A DNA stretch of 63,195 nt, filler included, from 4 parts of 4 records of this genome joined end to end with filler, not necessarily neighbours in it, one strand, 5' to 3'. Shown: positions 20,785 to 31,230, counted from the whole stretch's first letter. The notes: a model not told the origin generated them from the sequence alone. Program-made: numbers and translations.

Positions 20785-20889
20785 GGCGTCTGGCTGCCGT
20801 CTGACGGCTTGCATTGGCTTTGAAACGCTTTATTCAGGACATGGCCAGATCACAGGCCAAACCGAGAGGATGGAGGAGCAAAACCGGTT

Positions 20890-23862
20890 ATGGATGAATG
20901 CGCGCAACTGGATCTTTCCGCGCTGAGAAAGGCGCCTGTCTTCCCTTTTGAGCAGTCACTTTATGAAACTGCCCTTGGCGAAATTGTTGAAGCTGCGAAG
21001 GCCCAAGCGCTTCCTGATGTTTTAAGCAGAACCAACGGTTTTCTGCCACAGTTTCTAGCCACAGTATTTTCACTTTCGCCTTATCTTTTCGACTGCTTCC
21101 GAGCATCTCCGATGCTTCTGGATGAAATTGACAAGCCACTTCTGCCGCAATTGGAGAGGCAGATCGAGATTGCGCGCAATGCGTGGCGACCAGATGACAA
21201 GACAACGCCAAAAACCGACAGCGCGATTATGCAAACGCTTCGGCTGGCCAAGCGTCGGGTTGCGTTTTTAACCGCACTGGCGGATCTGGCTGGCCTTTGC
21301 CAGGCCGAGCAGACCACGGATGTTTTAAGTCGCTTTGCTGAAGCTTGTGTCTCTGCGACCGTGGATCATCTGTTGTTCTCTGCCGGAGCTGATGGCCACC
21401 TTGTGCTTGGCGATCAGGAACACCCCTCGCAACGCTCCGGCGTCGTGGTTCTGGGCATGGGTAAGCTTGGCGCATGCGAACTCAACTATTCCTCCGATAT
21501 TGATATCGTGGTTTTTTTTGAACCTGAAGCGCCGATGGTCAAAGACAGCGACCAGGTGCGCTCTCTGTTTCCACGCCTGATGCGCCGTCTGGTTCATATT
21601 CTGCAGGAGCGTACCGGCGACGGCTATGTCTTCCGCACTGATTTGCGTTTACGGCCTGATCCAGGATCAACAGCCCTTGCGATACCGGTGGAAGCCGCTC
21701 TTCTCTATTATGAGAGCAGGGGGCAAAACTGGGAGCGTGCTGCCTATATCAAGGCTCGGCCAATTGCCGGTGATTTTGAAGCCGGCGAAGCTTTCATGCG
21801 TGAAATGATCCCTTTCATTTTTCGCAAATACCTTGATTATGCAGCGATCTCGGACATTCATTCCATCAAGCGTCAGATACATGCCCACAAGGGGTTTGGT
21901 CTCGTCGCTGTCAACGGTCACAACGTCAAACTGGGTCGCGGCGGAATTCGTGAGATTGAGTTTTTCGCCCAGACACAGCAGCTTATTGCCGGCGGAAGAA
22001 TGCCGCATCTGCGCTGCCGTCGCACTGTGGATGCGCTGCAGGCTTTGCTTGAAGCCCGCTGGATCGATGCGGAAACCTGTGACCAACTAACGACGGCCTA
22101 CTGGTTTCTGCGCAATGTCGAGCACCGCATCCAGATGGTGCGTGATGAGCAAACCCATATTCTGCCTGATGAGGATGCCGAGTTGCTGCGGATCGCACGG
22201 ATGAGCGGCTATGAGACCTGTGAGACGTTCTCTTCCGCTCTGCTGGATACTTTGCATACAGTCGAAACATGCTATGCGCGGCTGTTCGAGCGTGAGCATA
22301 CCCTTTCCGGCGAGACGGGTAATCTGGTCTTTACCGGAGAAGATGATGATCCGGGTACTCTGGAGACGCTGAAGAAGCTGGGGTTTGAAAGACCGACGGA
22401 TATCGCCCGGATTGTGCGAACCTGGCATTACGGTCGTTATCGCTCCACACAGTCAACCAAAGCGCGTCAGCGTCTGACCGAAATTATGCCGGACCTGCTC
22501 AAGGCTTTCGGTGAAAGCCGCCGGGCGGATGAAGCTCTTTCGCGGTTCGACCGGTTTCTTGCCGGTCTGCCTGCCGGAGTCCAGCTTTTCTCGCTTCTGA
22601 AAAATAATATCGGTATGCTTCGGCTGATCGTCGAGATCATGTCAGCCGCACCGCGTCTTTCGGAAATCATTGCTGACAGGGCACATATTGTAGACGGTAT
22701 GCTGGACCCGGCATTGATGACCGAATTACCGACCCGCGATTATCTTTCACGGCGTCTGGATGCCTTTATGAGCGGCGCCGTGCTCTATGAAGAAAGGCTG
22801 GACCGGTTACGTATTTTTGCCGCTGAACAGCGTTTCCTGATCGGTATCCGGCTGATGACGGGCGCGATCAATGGTTTTGCCGCAGGCAGGGCCTTCACGA
22901 CGCTTGCTTCTCTTGTGATTGGTGAAGCGCTTGATGGCGTACTGGATGAGATGAAGTCAGTGCATGGCGAGGCAGAGGGGCAGCGTGTTGCTGTTCTGGC
23001 GATGGGCAAGCTCGGCAGTGCGGAACTGACCGCAGGCTCTGACGTTGATATCATCGTGCTCTATGACTGTTCCGATCCGCTTGGTCAAACGTCCGGTCCC
23101 AGACAACTGGAGGTGCCGCGTTATTTCGCGCGCCTGACACAACGGCTTGTTGCTGCACTTTCCGCACCGACGGCTGAGGGTGTCCTTTACGAAGTTGACA
23201 TGCGTTTGAGACCCTCAGGAAACGCCGGACCGTTGGCAACACGGTTATCCGCTTTTGAAAAATACCAAAAGAAAGATGCCTGGACCTGGGAGCACATGGC
23301 TCTGAGCCGGGCGCATCCATTATGCGGTGATCAATCGCTGATGGCTGATACCTGCGCGATTATCCGGGAGATCATGGTTTTGCCGAGGGATCCTCGGAAG
23401 CTGGCGGAGGATATCTCTGCCATGCGGATGCGCATTGAACGTGACAAGCCAGCCAAAAGTACATGGGATCTGAAACTTATTCCTGGCGGACTGGTCGATA
23501 TCGAGTTTCTGGCTCAGTATTGTCATCTTGCCGCTCCGGAGGCAGCAAAATCGGCGCCGGATAACGCGCTTTCAACCGATGATGTTCTGGCCTTTTGTGG
23601 TGCGCAGATCATGGAAACCGGAGATATTGAGGCGTGTCGCAAGGCCCTTGCACTTTATACCGATATCGCGCAATTGACACGGGCCTGTCTGACGGAGGGG
23701 TTTGATCCGGAAAATGCGCCGGCCGGTCTTCTGGAGCGGGTCTGCCGTCTGGGGGATTGTCCCGATGCCAAGGCGCTGGAAGCGCTGATCCTTGATATGT
23801 CCACCGGGATACGACGCATTTTCGAGCGTGTATTGCCAGCGTCGAATGCCCCCGACGCTTGA
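20890..23862 (+). CDS. glnE: Glutamine synthetase adenylyltransferase/adenylyl-removing enzyme
   Basis: Two nucleotidyltransferase halves: MGKLGACELNYSSDID and MGKLGSAELTAGSDVD; RTDLRLRPD and EVDMRLRPSG. Confidence 0.96.
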   Translation: MDECAQLDLSALRKAPVFPFEQSLYETALGEIVEAAKAQALPDVLSRTNGFLPQFLATVFSLSPYLFDCFRASPMLLDEIDKPLLPQLERQIEIARNAWRPDDKTTPKTDSAIMQTLRLAKRRVAFLTALADLAGLCQAEQTTDVLSRFAEACVSATVDHLLFSAGADGHLVLGDQEHPSQRSGVVVLGMGKLGACELNYSSDIDIVVFFEPEAPMVKDSDQVRSLFPRLMRRLVHILQERTGDGYVFRTDLRLRPDPGSTALAIPVEAALLYYESRGQNWERAAYIKARPIAGDFEAGEAFMREMIPFIFRKYLDYAAISDIHSIKRQIHAHKGFGLVAVNGHNVKLGRGGIREIEFFAQTQQLIAGGRMPHLRCRRTVDALQALLEARWIDAETCDQLTTAYWFLRNVEHRIQMVRDEQTHILPDEDAELLRIARMSGYETCETFSSALLDTLHTVETCYARLFEREHTLSGETGNLVFTGEDDDPGTLETLKKLGFERPTDIARIVRTWHYGRYRSTQSTKARQRLTEIMPDLLKAFGESRRADEALSRFDRFLAGLPAGVQLFSLLKNNIGMLRLIVEIMSAAPRLSEIIADRAHIVDGMLDPALMTELPTRDYLSRRLDAFMSGAVLYEERLDRLRIFAAEQRFLIGIRLMTGAINGFAAGRAFTTLASLVIGEALDGVLDEMKSVHGEAEGQRVAVLAMGKLGSAELTAGSDVDIIVLYDCSDPLGQTSGPRQLEVPRYFARLTQRLVAALSAPTAEGVLYEVDMRLRPSGNAGPLATRLSAFEKYQKKDAWTWEHMALSRAHPLCGDQSLMADTCAIIREIMVLPRDPRKLAEDISAMRMRIERDKPAKSTWDLKLIPGGLVDIEFLAQYCHLAAPEAAKSAPDNALSTDDVLAFCGAQIMETGDIEACRKALALYTDIAQLTRACLTEGFDPENAPAGLLERVCRLGDCPDAKALEALILDMSTGIRRIFERVLPASNAPDA

Positions 23863-23873
23863 TTCAAACGATT

Positions 23874-25736
23874 TCACCCGGCCGGGGAGCTGGTGGCTGA
23901 CCGACGCCGGATAACGCCGCCGGTTGCCTGGTCCTGGGCCATAGGAGTACTGGCTTCGAACGTTTCGGCCAGTGCCTTCAAGGCATTGCCGCCGTTGTTA
24001 ATGCATTGTGCGTATTCAGCGACCTTGGTCGCGGCAGGCGAATCACAGTCAGTTTCAGCGAGCAGAAGTTCTGAAAAGCCGAGAACGGCCGTAAGTCCGT
24101 TCCGCAATTCGGCAGAATGTCGTGCAAGGGAGTCTTTATCGAAACCTGTGCTTACGGCTGTATGGCGGTTGCGCAGTACGAAATTCAGCGAGGAGGCCTC
24201 CTGTTCCAGCTTGCGACGCGAGGCAGCCAGAGCGTTTACCTTCTCGCGCAGCCGAACCTGTTCAGCCTGCAGCCGCATCTGAGTGGTTTTGAATTCCGTG
24301 ATATCCGTGCCAATCGCCAGCGTCTCGCCGGTCTCAATTCTGGTTTCAGAAACTTTCAGCCAACGTCCGTCAGCTGTCTTGATTTCGCAGGCAGTGGCGC
24401 CATTGCACTTACGACGAACCAAACGCTGCCCGTGATCGCCTGCTTCTTCGATCTCACTGCGGTCAATGCTCCCGGTCGAAGCTTCCAATGCATGAGCTTC
24501 ACAAAAAGCCTTGTTGGCGGTGAGGAGCTTTCCGTTTGCTTTCCAGACGGCCAGGGCATGTGGCAAAGCATCAAAAGCAGACTGTAAACAACCGGCGGAA
24601 CGCAGTGCGTTTTGCTCGCGGCGATGACTGTCGCAAGCACGAATTGCCGCGCCTGAAAGCGTCATAATGCCGTTTCTTGAGGCTGCGACGGCGCGAATCT
24701 CGAATCGTGCATAAAGACCGTCATGTTGTTTCAGGCGCAGATTATGCTGCACAAGTCCTTCAGCGGAGGGGCGCATATGCCGGGCCAGGCCACTCCGATC
24801 ATCCGGGTGAACCCGGGTAAGGAGCTGACGGTAGGAATAATACCCCACTTTTGCTCCGTCACCCAAAACAGCAGCTGCCGAACGATCCAGAAAGGCACTC
24901 TTTTCGGTCGGTGAAAATGCCCAGAGCCCGGTTTCACCATTTGCCAACATAAGCCCGCGCGTCTCGGCTTCTGCCTCCATCGCCTCGGCTATGGACCCGT
25001 TACGGGCCAGTTGCGTATAATAGGCGTAGAGGACGACCAGCAGCAAAACGGCAGTGGCGGCGAACAACGTTACATTGAGATTGAACTCAGCGCGCCAGAG
25101 ATTGTGCATTTGCTGAAGGGAGTGAAGCGCAATAACGAGACCGCCATCATCTCCGACCAACCGTGGCACAACCTGATAGGCCGTCCCGCCAATCTTGATT
25201 TCGCCCGTATCGTTGGTTCTGCTGAATTCATGCGGCACCATCAATCCGGGAAAAGCTGCCGAAAGCGAACGCCCGATCAATGACTGGCTCTTGCCGGTTG
25301 CCGCGAAAACGATCCCTGAAGTGTCCACCAGAACAAGATCGGTATCGGAACCCATGCCGGTTTGCGACAGCGTGTTCTCCAGCGCGCTTGTCGCGCTCTT
25401 CCGGTCAGCATCGGTAAAAAGGGAAGGTTGCTCATCCAGTGCTGAAACAGCCAGTGTCGCGACCGATTCGGTGGTCTGTCGAACAGCGGATTCCATCCGG
25501 CTGTGGCTGGCAAGAAGCGAAAAACCACGCGCCAGTGCAACGCATATCAGAAACATGATGATGAGAACGGGGATTGCCTTTCTGAGTACCATTTCGACGC
25601 GGTTCTTTTCCAGCGTCACCGGCAGTCGCCATGCAGCTACATGCCGAGCCTCTCCAGCAAAAACCTGCTCCCCGCCAAATTGAGAGCGCAACTTCCCGTT
25701 GACTGTGGGCAGATCCCACATGTCCGATCTCTTCAT
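23874..25736 (-). CDS. pleC: PleC-like membrane PAS protein with a degenerate DHp helix and no HATPase domain (pseudokinase)
   Basis: Occupies the Rhizobiaceae pleC position between glnE and pepN. PleC-like segments IPVLIIMFL, NVTLFA..LLVVLYAYYTQ, two PAS domains and DGRWLKVSE..GTDIT. The H-box reads ARHSAELRNGLTAVLGFSE and the ORF stops about 80 codons later. Confidence 0.8.
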   Translation of the reverse strand: MKRSDMWDLPTVNGKLRSQFGGEQVFAGEARHVAAWRLPVTLEKNRVEMVLRKAIPVLIIMFLICVALARGFSLLASHSRMESAVRQTTESVATLAVSALDEQPSLFTDADRKSATSALENTLSQTGMGSDTDLVLVDTSGIVFAATGKSQSLIGRSLSAAFPGLMVPHEFSRTNDTGEIKIGGTAYQVVPRLVGDDGGLVIALHSLQQMHNLWRAEFNLNVTLFAATAVLLLVVLYAYYTQLARNGSIAEAMEAEAETRGLMLANGETGLWAFSPTEKSAFLDRSAAAVLGDGAKVGYYSYRQLLTRVHPDDRSGLARHMRPSAEGLVQHNLRLKQHDGLYARFEIRAVAASRNGIMTLSGAAIRACDSHRREQNALRSAGCLQSAFDALPHALAVWKANGKLLTANKAFCEAHALEASTGSIDRSEIEEAGDHGQRLVRRKCNGATACEIKTADGRWLKVSETRIETGETLAIGTDITEFKTTQMRLQAEQVRLREKVNALAASRRKLEQEASSLNFVLRNRHTAVSTGFDKDSLARHSAELRNGLTAVLGFSELLLAETDCDSPAATKVAEYAQCINNGGNALKALAETFEASTPMAQDQATGGVIRRRSATSSPAG

Positions 25737-25754
25737 TTGTTTGGTTCCCTCGTG

Positions 25755-25852
25755 TGATTCGCGAAGCCGCTCTTGCGAATCTACCCTAGTGAATCAAACG
25801 TGATTCGCCTTGTCCAGAGCTAGATGGAAAGCTTTTGTTAACCATATATCAA
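25755..25852 (-). promoter_or_regulatory. Cell-cycle-type promoter of the pleC-like gene: four GANTC sites plus a CtrA-like box
   Basis: GANTC at 25756, 25777, 25791 and 25802 (two in TGATTCG context). TTAA-CCATATA-TCAA at 25838-25852. Confidence 0.6.
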
Positions 25853-25963
25853 AAAAGGATTTTTTGTAATTTTAGAATTTGGTGATTTAGTGCTTTCGCC
25901 GCTTTTAGGCAGCGAAAGCGCAGAGTGCAAGGACTCAGAACGGTTGCATTTGCAAGTCGCGTT

Positions 25964-28612
25964 TCACTTTTTCAACATGCGATCGATGATGTCCCGCAGG
26001 TTGCGCGACAGGTCGCTATGGCCCGCTATGCGTTCAAGTTCACTCAGGGCCTTTTTGCGCCGCCCCGGCTCCAGAGCGGCGAAAGAGCGCATCGCGGTCA
26101 TCAATCGGGCCGTCAATGTCGGGTTTCGTTTGTCCGAGGCCAGAATGAAATTGGCAAAAAAGCTGTAGGCGGCGCCGTCCGGTCTGTTGAACCCCGTCGG
26201 GTTGGATGAGGCAAAGGCACCTATAAGTGCACGCACACGGTTTGGATTGCCGATATCAAAGGCGCTGTCGGACATCAGGCTTTTCACGCGTTCGAGTGCC
26301 TGTTCGCCTGCAACAGTCGCTTGCGTGGTAAACCACTTGTCCAGAACCAGAGGTTCGTTGGCAAAGCGTTCGCGGTAGTCCGCAAGCGCAGCTTTGGTTT
26401 CTTCAGCTTCAGTGAACTGATGCGCGAGAATGCGCAGGGCTGCAATCCGATCAGTCATGTTGGATGCCTGATCATAGGCCGCTTTCGCCGGTCCGGGATC
26501 TCCTGTTGCTGCCGCCAGGTAGGAAAGCGCCGTGTTTCGCAAGGCACGCTTTCCGGCACTTGCCGCATCTGCGTTGAACGGGATTTCATCGCCCGGTGTC
26601 TCGGCAAGTGTTGCGAAAGCCTTCTGGCCTGCCTTTGCCACTTCGTCTCGGACTGCATTTCGTGCGCGGTGTATGGCGTCCGGATCAATGGCCTCACCGA
26701 TCTTACGCCCGATATCCAGCTCAGAAGGTAGCGTTAGCGCCAGTGCCCGAAAGGCCGGTTCAAGCGTGTCGTCTTCGGCAAAGCTTGTCAGTGTCTCGGT
26801 CAATGCCGTCTCAACGGGCATCGGTTCTCCGGACTGGCTGGCCCGTGTCGCTGCTGCCAGTGCGTCGAGCGCCAGTGTGTTGACAGCATCCCAACGGGCA
26901 ACCAGGTCACTTTCGTGTCGGGCAATCCGTACCAGATCTTCCTTTGGAACCTCGTATTCGACCTTAACAGGTGCCGAAAAGTCGCGATTGAGCGATATCG
27001 CGGGTTTCGCCCCAATCCCCTCAAATATGAAAGTTTGGCGTTCCTTGGTCAGGTGCAGAACATCGCCACTGCGTTCTCCGCCGCTCACGTTGGTTGGCGT
27101 CATGTCATCGCCATTGGGGCCGATCAGCCCGGTCCTGAGTGGAATGTGCAGTGGTTTTTTGTTTGGTTGTCCTGGCGTCGCCGGTGTGGATTGCTCAAGC
27201 GTCAGAGAGAGTGTGCCAGTGTTTTCATCATATTCGCCGGATGCGTTAATTTCCGGCGTTCCGGCCTGATGATACCAGAGTGAGAAATGCGTCAGGTCGC
27301 GTTCCGTCGCGTCTTCAAAGCATTTCAGATAGTCTTCGATGGTGACAGCGCCACCATCATGGCGCTCAAAATAAAGGTCAAGCCCCTTGCGAAAGTTCTC
27401 CTGGCCCAAAAGCGTGGCAATCATCCGGGAAACCTCGGAACCCTTCTCATAAACCGTTGTCGTGTAGAAGTTATCGATCTCCAGATACTGGGTTGGCCGG
27501 ACGGGGTGTGCCAGCGGACCGGAATCTTCGGGAAACTGGTGGGCGCGAAGGAATTTTACTTCTTCCACGCGGGTAACCGGACGCGAGCGCTGATCAGCGG
27601 AAAATTCGTGCTCACGGTAAACCGTCAGCCCTTCCTTCAGACTCAGCTGAAACCAATCGCGGCAGGTGATACGGTTGCCAGTCCAGTTGTGGAAGTACTC
27701 GTGTGCGACAACAGCTTCGATGCGTCCATAGTCATCGTCGGTTGCGGTTTCCGGGTCAGCGAGAATCAGCCTGTCATTGAAGATGTTGAGGCCTTTGTTT
27801 TCCATCGCTCCCATGTTGAAGTCGGAGACGGCCACGATCATGAAAATGTCGAGGTCGTATTCGCGACCGAAGCGCTCCTCATCCCATTTCATCGCGCGTT
27901 TTAGAGAGTCCATGGCGTATCCCGCCCGGTCTTCCTTGCCGTGTTCGACATAAAGTTTCAGCGTAACATCGCGGCCGGACATGGTCATAAAGCGGTCTTC
28001 GATCACGCCCAGATCTCCGGCGACAAGGGCGAAGAGGTAGGCAGGTTTTGGGAAAGGATCATGCCATTTGGCCATATGGCGCCCGTCGCCAAGGTCTTTT
28101 TCTTCAATCAGATTGCCGTTTGAAAGCAGAAGCGGGTTGGTGACCGCATCGGCAATAATGGTCACAGTGTAGACGGCCAGCACGTCAGGCCGGTCGTAGA
28201 AATAGGAAATTCGCCGAAAACCTTCCGCCTCGCATTGCGTGGAGTAGATGCCGTTGGTGCGATAAAGGCCGAGCAGCTGTGTGTTGGCTGACGGATTGAT
28301 CCGCGTTTTCACCGTCAGTGTGAATGCCTCATCGGCGGGCAGATCGTGAATGATAAGCTTGTCATGCCTCTGCTCATAACGTTCCGGCAGAAGGGGCTTG
28401 CCGTCCAGAGCCAGACCGGAAAGGGACAGTTGATCACCATCGAGCGCAAGCGGCGCCGTTTTGTCCGAGCCTTCGCGACGCCGAAATCTCATCTGGCTGC
28501 CCACCGTGGTCAGACTTTCACCGAGCTCGAAGTTCAGCTCGACTGTTTCCAGAATGAAATCGGTAGGCCGGTAGTCTTCCAGGTAAACCGTTCGGTCATC
28601 GTCAGCGCGCAT
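25964..28612 (-). CDS. pepN: Aminopeptidase N (M1)
   Basis: GAMENKGLN and HEYFH...LKEG zinc motif; YEKGSEV. Start at MRADDDRTVYLEDY with a GAGG RBS. Confidence 0.96.
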   Translation of the reverse strand: MRADDDRTVYLEDYRPTDFILETVELNFELGESLTTVGSQMRFRRREGSDKTAPLALDGDQLSLSGLALDGKPLLPERYEQRHDKLIIHDLPADEAFTLTVKTRINPSANTQLLGLYRTNGIYSTQCEAEGFRRISYFYDRPDVLAVYTVTIIADAVTNPLLLSNGNLIEEKDLGDGRHMAKWHDPFPKPAYLFALVAGDLGVIEDRFMTMSGRDVTLKLYVEHGKEDRAGYAMDSLKRAMKWDEERFGREYDLDIFMIVAVSDFNMGAMENKGLNIFNDRLILADPETATDDDYGRIEAVVAHEYFHNWTGNRITCRDWFQLSLKEGLTVYREHEFSADQRSRPVTRVEEVKFLRAHQFPEDSGPLAHPVRPTQYLEIDNFYTTTVYEKGSEVSRMIATLLGQENFRKGLDLYFERHDGGAVTIEDYLKCFEDATERDLTHFSLWYHQAGTPEINASGEYDENTGTLSLTLEQSTPATPGQPNKKPLHIPLRTGLIGPNGDDMTPTNVSGGERSGDVLHLTKERQTFIFEGIGAKPAISLNRDFSAPVKVEYEVPKEDLVRIARHESDLVARWDAVNTLALDALAAATRASQSGEPMPVETALTETLTSFAEDDTLEPAFRALALTLPSELDIGRKIGEAIDPDAIHRARNAVRDEVAKAGQKAFATLAETPGDEIPFNADAASAGKRALRNTALSYLAAATGDPGPAKAAYDQASNMTDRIAALRILAHQFTEAEETKAALADYRERFANEPLVLDKWFTTQATVAGEQALERVKSLMSDSAFDIGNPNRVRALIGAFASSNPTGFNRPDGAAYSFFANFILASDKRNPTLTARLMTAMRSFAALEPGRRKKALSELERIAGHSDLSRNLRDIIDRMLKK

Positions 28613-28814
28613 GTTGATCCTCATTGTTTGCAGGGCAGGGTGCCCACTCAACTCAACCCATCAGGGAGGTCTTATTCGGGGCATAACAAAACGCCGATCG
28701 CCGCGGAAAGCAAATTGTTCCGTGATTTTTGAGCAAGGCCTGCCAATTGTGAAAAAATGCGCGTAAGAAAGCTCCTGTGCCTCTCGCCACACCCCGATTT
28801 GACAAAGTTTTCTC

Positions 28815-29762
28815 ATGCCTGCCGATCCCTATACCAGTCCCCTGCGCGGGATAGTGCTCAAGCTGATATCGATTATTGCCTTTCTGTGTATGCAGACATT
28901 TATCAAGCTTGCTGGCAACGAGATCGCTCCGGGCCAGGTCACATTCTTTCGTTCACTGTTTGGTATTGTCCCTATCATCCTCTATCTGGCGTGGCGACAT
29001 GAGCTGAAAGGGGCTTACAAGACGGAGCGGCCTTTCGGTCACCTCCTGCGCAGCCTGATCGGCATCACGTCCATGGGCATGGGTTTTTACGGGCTTATGC
29101 ATCTGCCGTTGCCGGAGGTGATAGCGCTGGGCTACGCCACGCCGCTTCTGTCGGTGGTCTTTGCTGCGATTGTGCTTGGCGAGATTGTGCGGATTTACCG
29201 CTGGTCGGCAGTCGCGATTGGACTTTTGGGTGTGATGATCATTTCCTGGCCCAAGCTTACACTGTTCAGACAGGGGGGAATGGGATCGGAGGAGGCTTTC
29301 GCCGTTGTGATGGTACTGGTTGGCGCCGCACTTGGTGCCATGGCGATGATTCAGGTTCGCCGGCTTCTCGTGACCGAAAAAGGTCCGACAATCGTGCTTT
29401 ATTTCTCCACCTTTGCAGCGCTCCTGTCGCTTCTGTCATGGCCGTTCGGCTGGCAGCCACTATCTGCGGAGGCCGCCATGTATCTGGTCGCTTCGGGTCT
29501 TTTCGGCGGTGCCGGACAAATCCTGATGACGGAGTCCTATCGTTTTGCCGATGCCTCAACAATCGCACCTTTTGACTACAGCTCTATCATTTTTGGCATT
29601 CTGATCGCATTCTTCATATTTGGCGAAATTCCGACGCTGAATACGGTGGCGGGATCGGTTTTTGTCGTCGGCGCCGGAATTTTTATTATTTTTCGCGAGC
29701 ACAGGCTGGGGCTGGAGCGCCGTCGGCTGCGTCGTACCACGTCATCACAGACGCCAAATTGA
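28815..29762 (+). CDS. DMT/EamA family transporter
   Basis: About 10 hydrophobic helices in two EamA repeats; LGEIV..RWSAV and ASTIAPFDY. Confidence 0.88.
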   Translation: MPADPYTSPLRGIVLKLISIIAFLCMQTFIKLAGNEIAPGQVTFFRSLFGIVPIILYLAWRHELKGAYKTERPFGHLLRSLIGITSMGMGFYGLMHLPLPEVIALGYATPLLSVVFAAIVLGEIVRIYRWSAVAIGLLGVMIISWPKLTLFRQGGMGSEEAFAVVMVLVGAALGAMAMIQVRRLLVTEKGPTIVLYFSTFAALLSLLSWPFGWQPLSAEAAMYLVASGLFGGAGQILMTESYRFADASTIAPFDYSSIIFGILIAFFIFGEIPTLNTVAGSVFVVGAGIFIIFREHRLGLERRRLRRTTSSQTPN

Positions 29763-29934
29763 TGGGCGAATTAGTTTTTGTGGATTTAAAATTATAAAAC
29801 CACAATGAAATCATGTGTTTGTTCGCCATGCTTATGAAGTTGAAGCTTCATTCGAAGTCAGTTTGGAAATGAGGCGAACTTCAGGTTTGGGAAACTGGAA
29901 ACGGGTGGATCCAGCTTCCGCCCATTGGGGCTGG

Positions 29935-31230
29935 TCAGGCCGGTTTTTCCGTATCCTCTTCGGTTTCGGTGTAAACATTCGGCTCATACTCTTCTTCATA
30001 TTCGAAGCCGAAACTGCCCGAGGGATCGGTGCCGCGCATCGGGACGGCAACGGGTTGGAAGTCAGCGCGTTCTTCAGGTGTTACCATCGGGTTACCCTGC
30101 CAGACACGCCATGCTGCAAAGGCGGCATAGGCGAAAAAGCCAATCGCCAGATAGACCATCAGTCCGCGTGGGCCGCCCACTTCCATCGCCGCACCGCCTA
30201 CCAGTGGCCCGGCAATTGTGCCAAGGCCGTAAAGGATCATCAGCGAGCTGGAAATGGTGACATATTCACTCGGGTCTGCCCGATCATTGGCATGAGCCAC
30301 ATTCAACGCGTAGATCGGATAGAGCATCGAGCCGACCAGAAACGCGGTCCCGTAGAGCAGGTAAAGTGTGTTTGACGACAAAAAGAACATCACTGCTGAA
30401 GCCAGCATGCCGGTCAGGCCACATGCGATCATGACATAGCGGCGGTCCGTGCGGTCGGAAATTCGCCCGATCGGAACCTGTCCCAACGCACCACCGGCAA
30501 GCACAAATGCAAGCAAGGTTGCGCCCTGTGCCGTCGTGAAACCGCTTTCGGTCGTATAAACACCACCAAGGCTGCCCCAGGCACCGGCCAGAACGCCTGC
30601 CAGAACTGCACCGGCGAAGGCGGCAGGTGAGCGGCGGTAAAGCTTGCCGATTCCGAACTGGGCTTGCGCAATGGGGGCAGGCGACTGTGCCGTGGAAAGC
30701 GCCGTCGGCAGAATGGCGATAGCGAAGACCATGCCACAGACGATGAAAAGCGAGGTATTCAACGGGTCACCGAGCGGCACAAGGTATTGACCGCCAATCG
30801 AGCCGCCGAGGGAGACGACCATGTAAAGCGCGAACGCCGTGCCGCGTGTTTCATTGGTTACGCGTTCGTTCAGCCAGCTTTCAATCACCAGATAGCAGCC
30901 AGCTACGGCAAAACCGGCAACAGCGCGGAATATGATCCACGCCTGCCAGAAGACAACCAGTGAGCTGACGAGAATGGCAACGGTCAAAAGCGTGATCAGA
31001 GCGCCGAAAACGCGCACATGGCCTACCCTCAAAACCAGTTTCGGGGTGATGATGCATGACAGTGTAAAGCCAACGGTGTAGCCCGTTGCTGTCATCGAAA
31101 TCAGAAACGGAGACCAGCCTTCGGCCACGGCACGCACGGGAAGCAGATAGTTCATCAACCCATAGCCGATCATCATCAGCAGGGTTGAGGTCATCAGACT
31201 TGTCACGGGGATCAGGCTGGCGAACATCAT
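29935..31230 (-). CDS. MFS transporter (YcaD-like)
   Basis: About 12 TM helices, IESWLNE, GRISDRTDRR and AHANDRA; acidic C-terminal tail. Confidence 0.88.
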   Translation of the reverse strand: MMFASLIPVTSLMTSTLLMMIGYGLMNYLLPVRAVAEGWSPFLISMTATGYTVGFTLSCIITPKLVLRVGHVRVFGALITLLTVAILVSSLVVFWQAWIIFRAVAGFAVAGCYLVIESWLNERVTNETRGTAFALYMVVSLGGSIGGQYLVPLGDPLNTSLFIVCGMVFAIAILPTALSTAQSPAPIAQAQFGIGKLYRRSPAAFAGAVLAGVLAGAWGSLGGVYTTESGFTTAQGATLLAFVLAGGALGQVPIGRISDRTDRRYVMIACGLTGMLASAVMFFLSSNTLYLLYGTAFLVGSMLYPIYALNVAHANDRADPSEYVTISSSLMILYGLGTIAGPLVGGAAMEVGGPRGLMVYLAIGFFAYAAFAAWRVWQGNPMVTPEERADFQPVAVPMRGTDPSGSFGFEYEEEYEPNVYTETEEDTEKPA

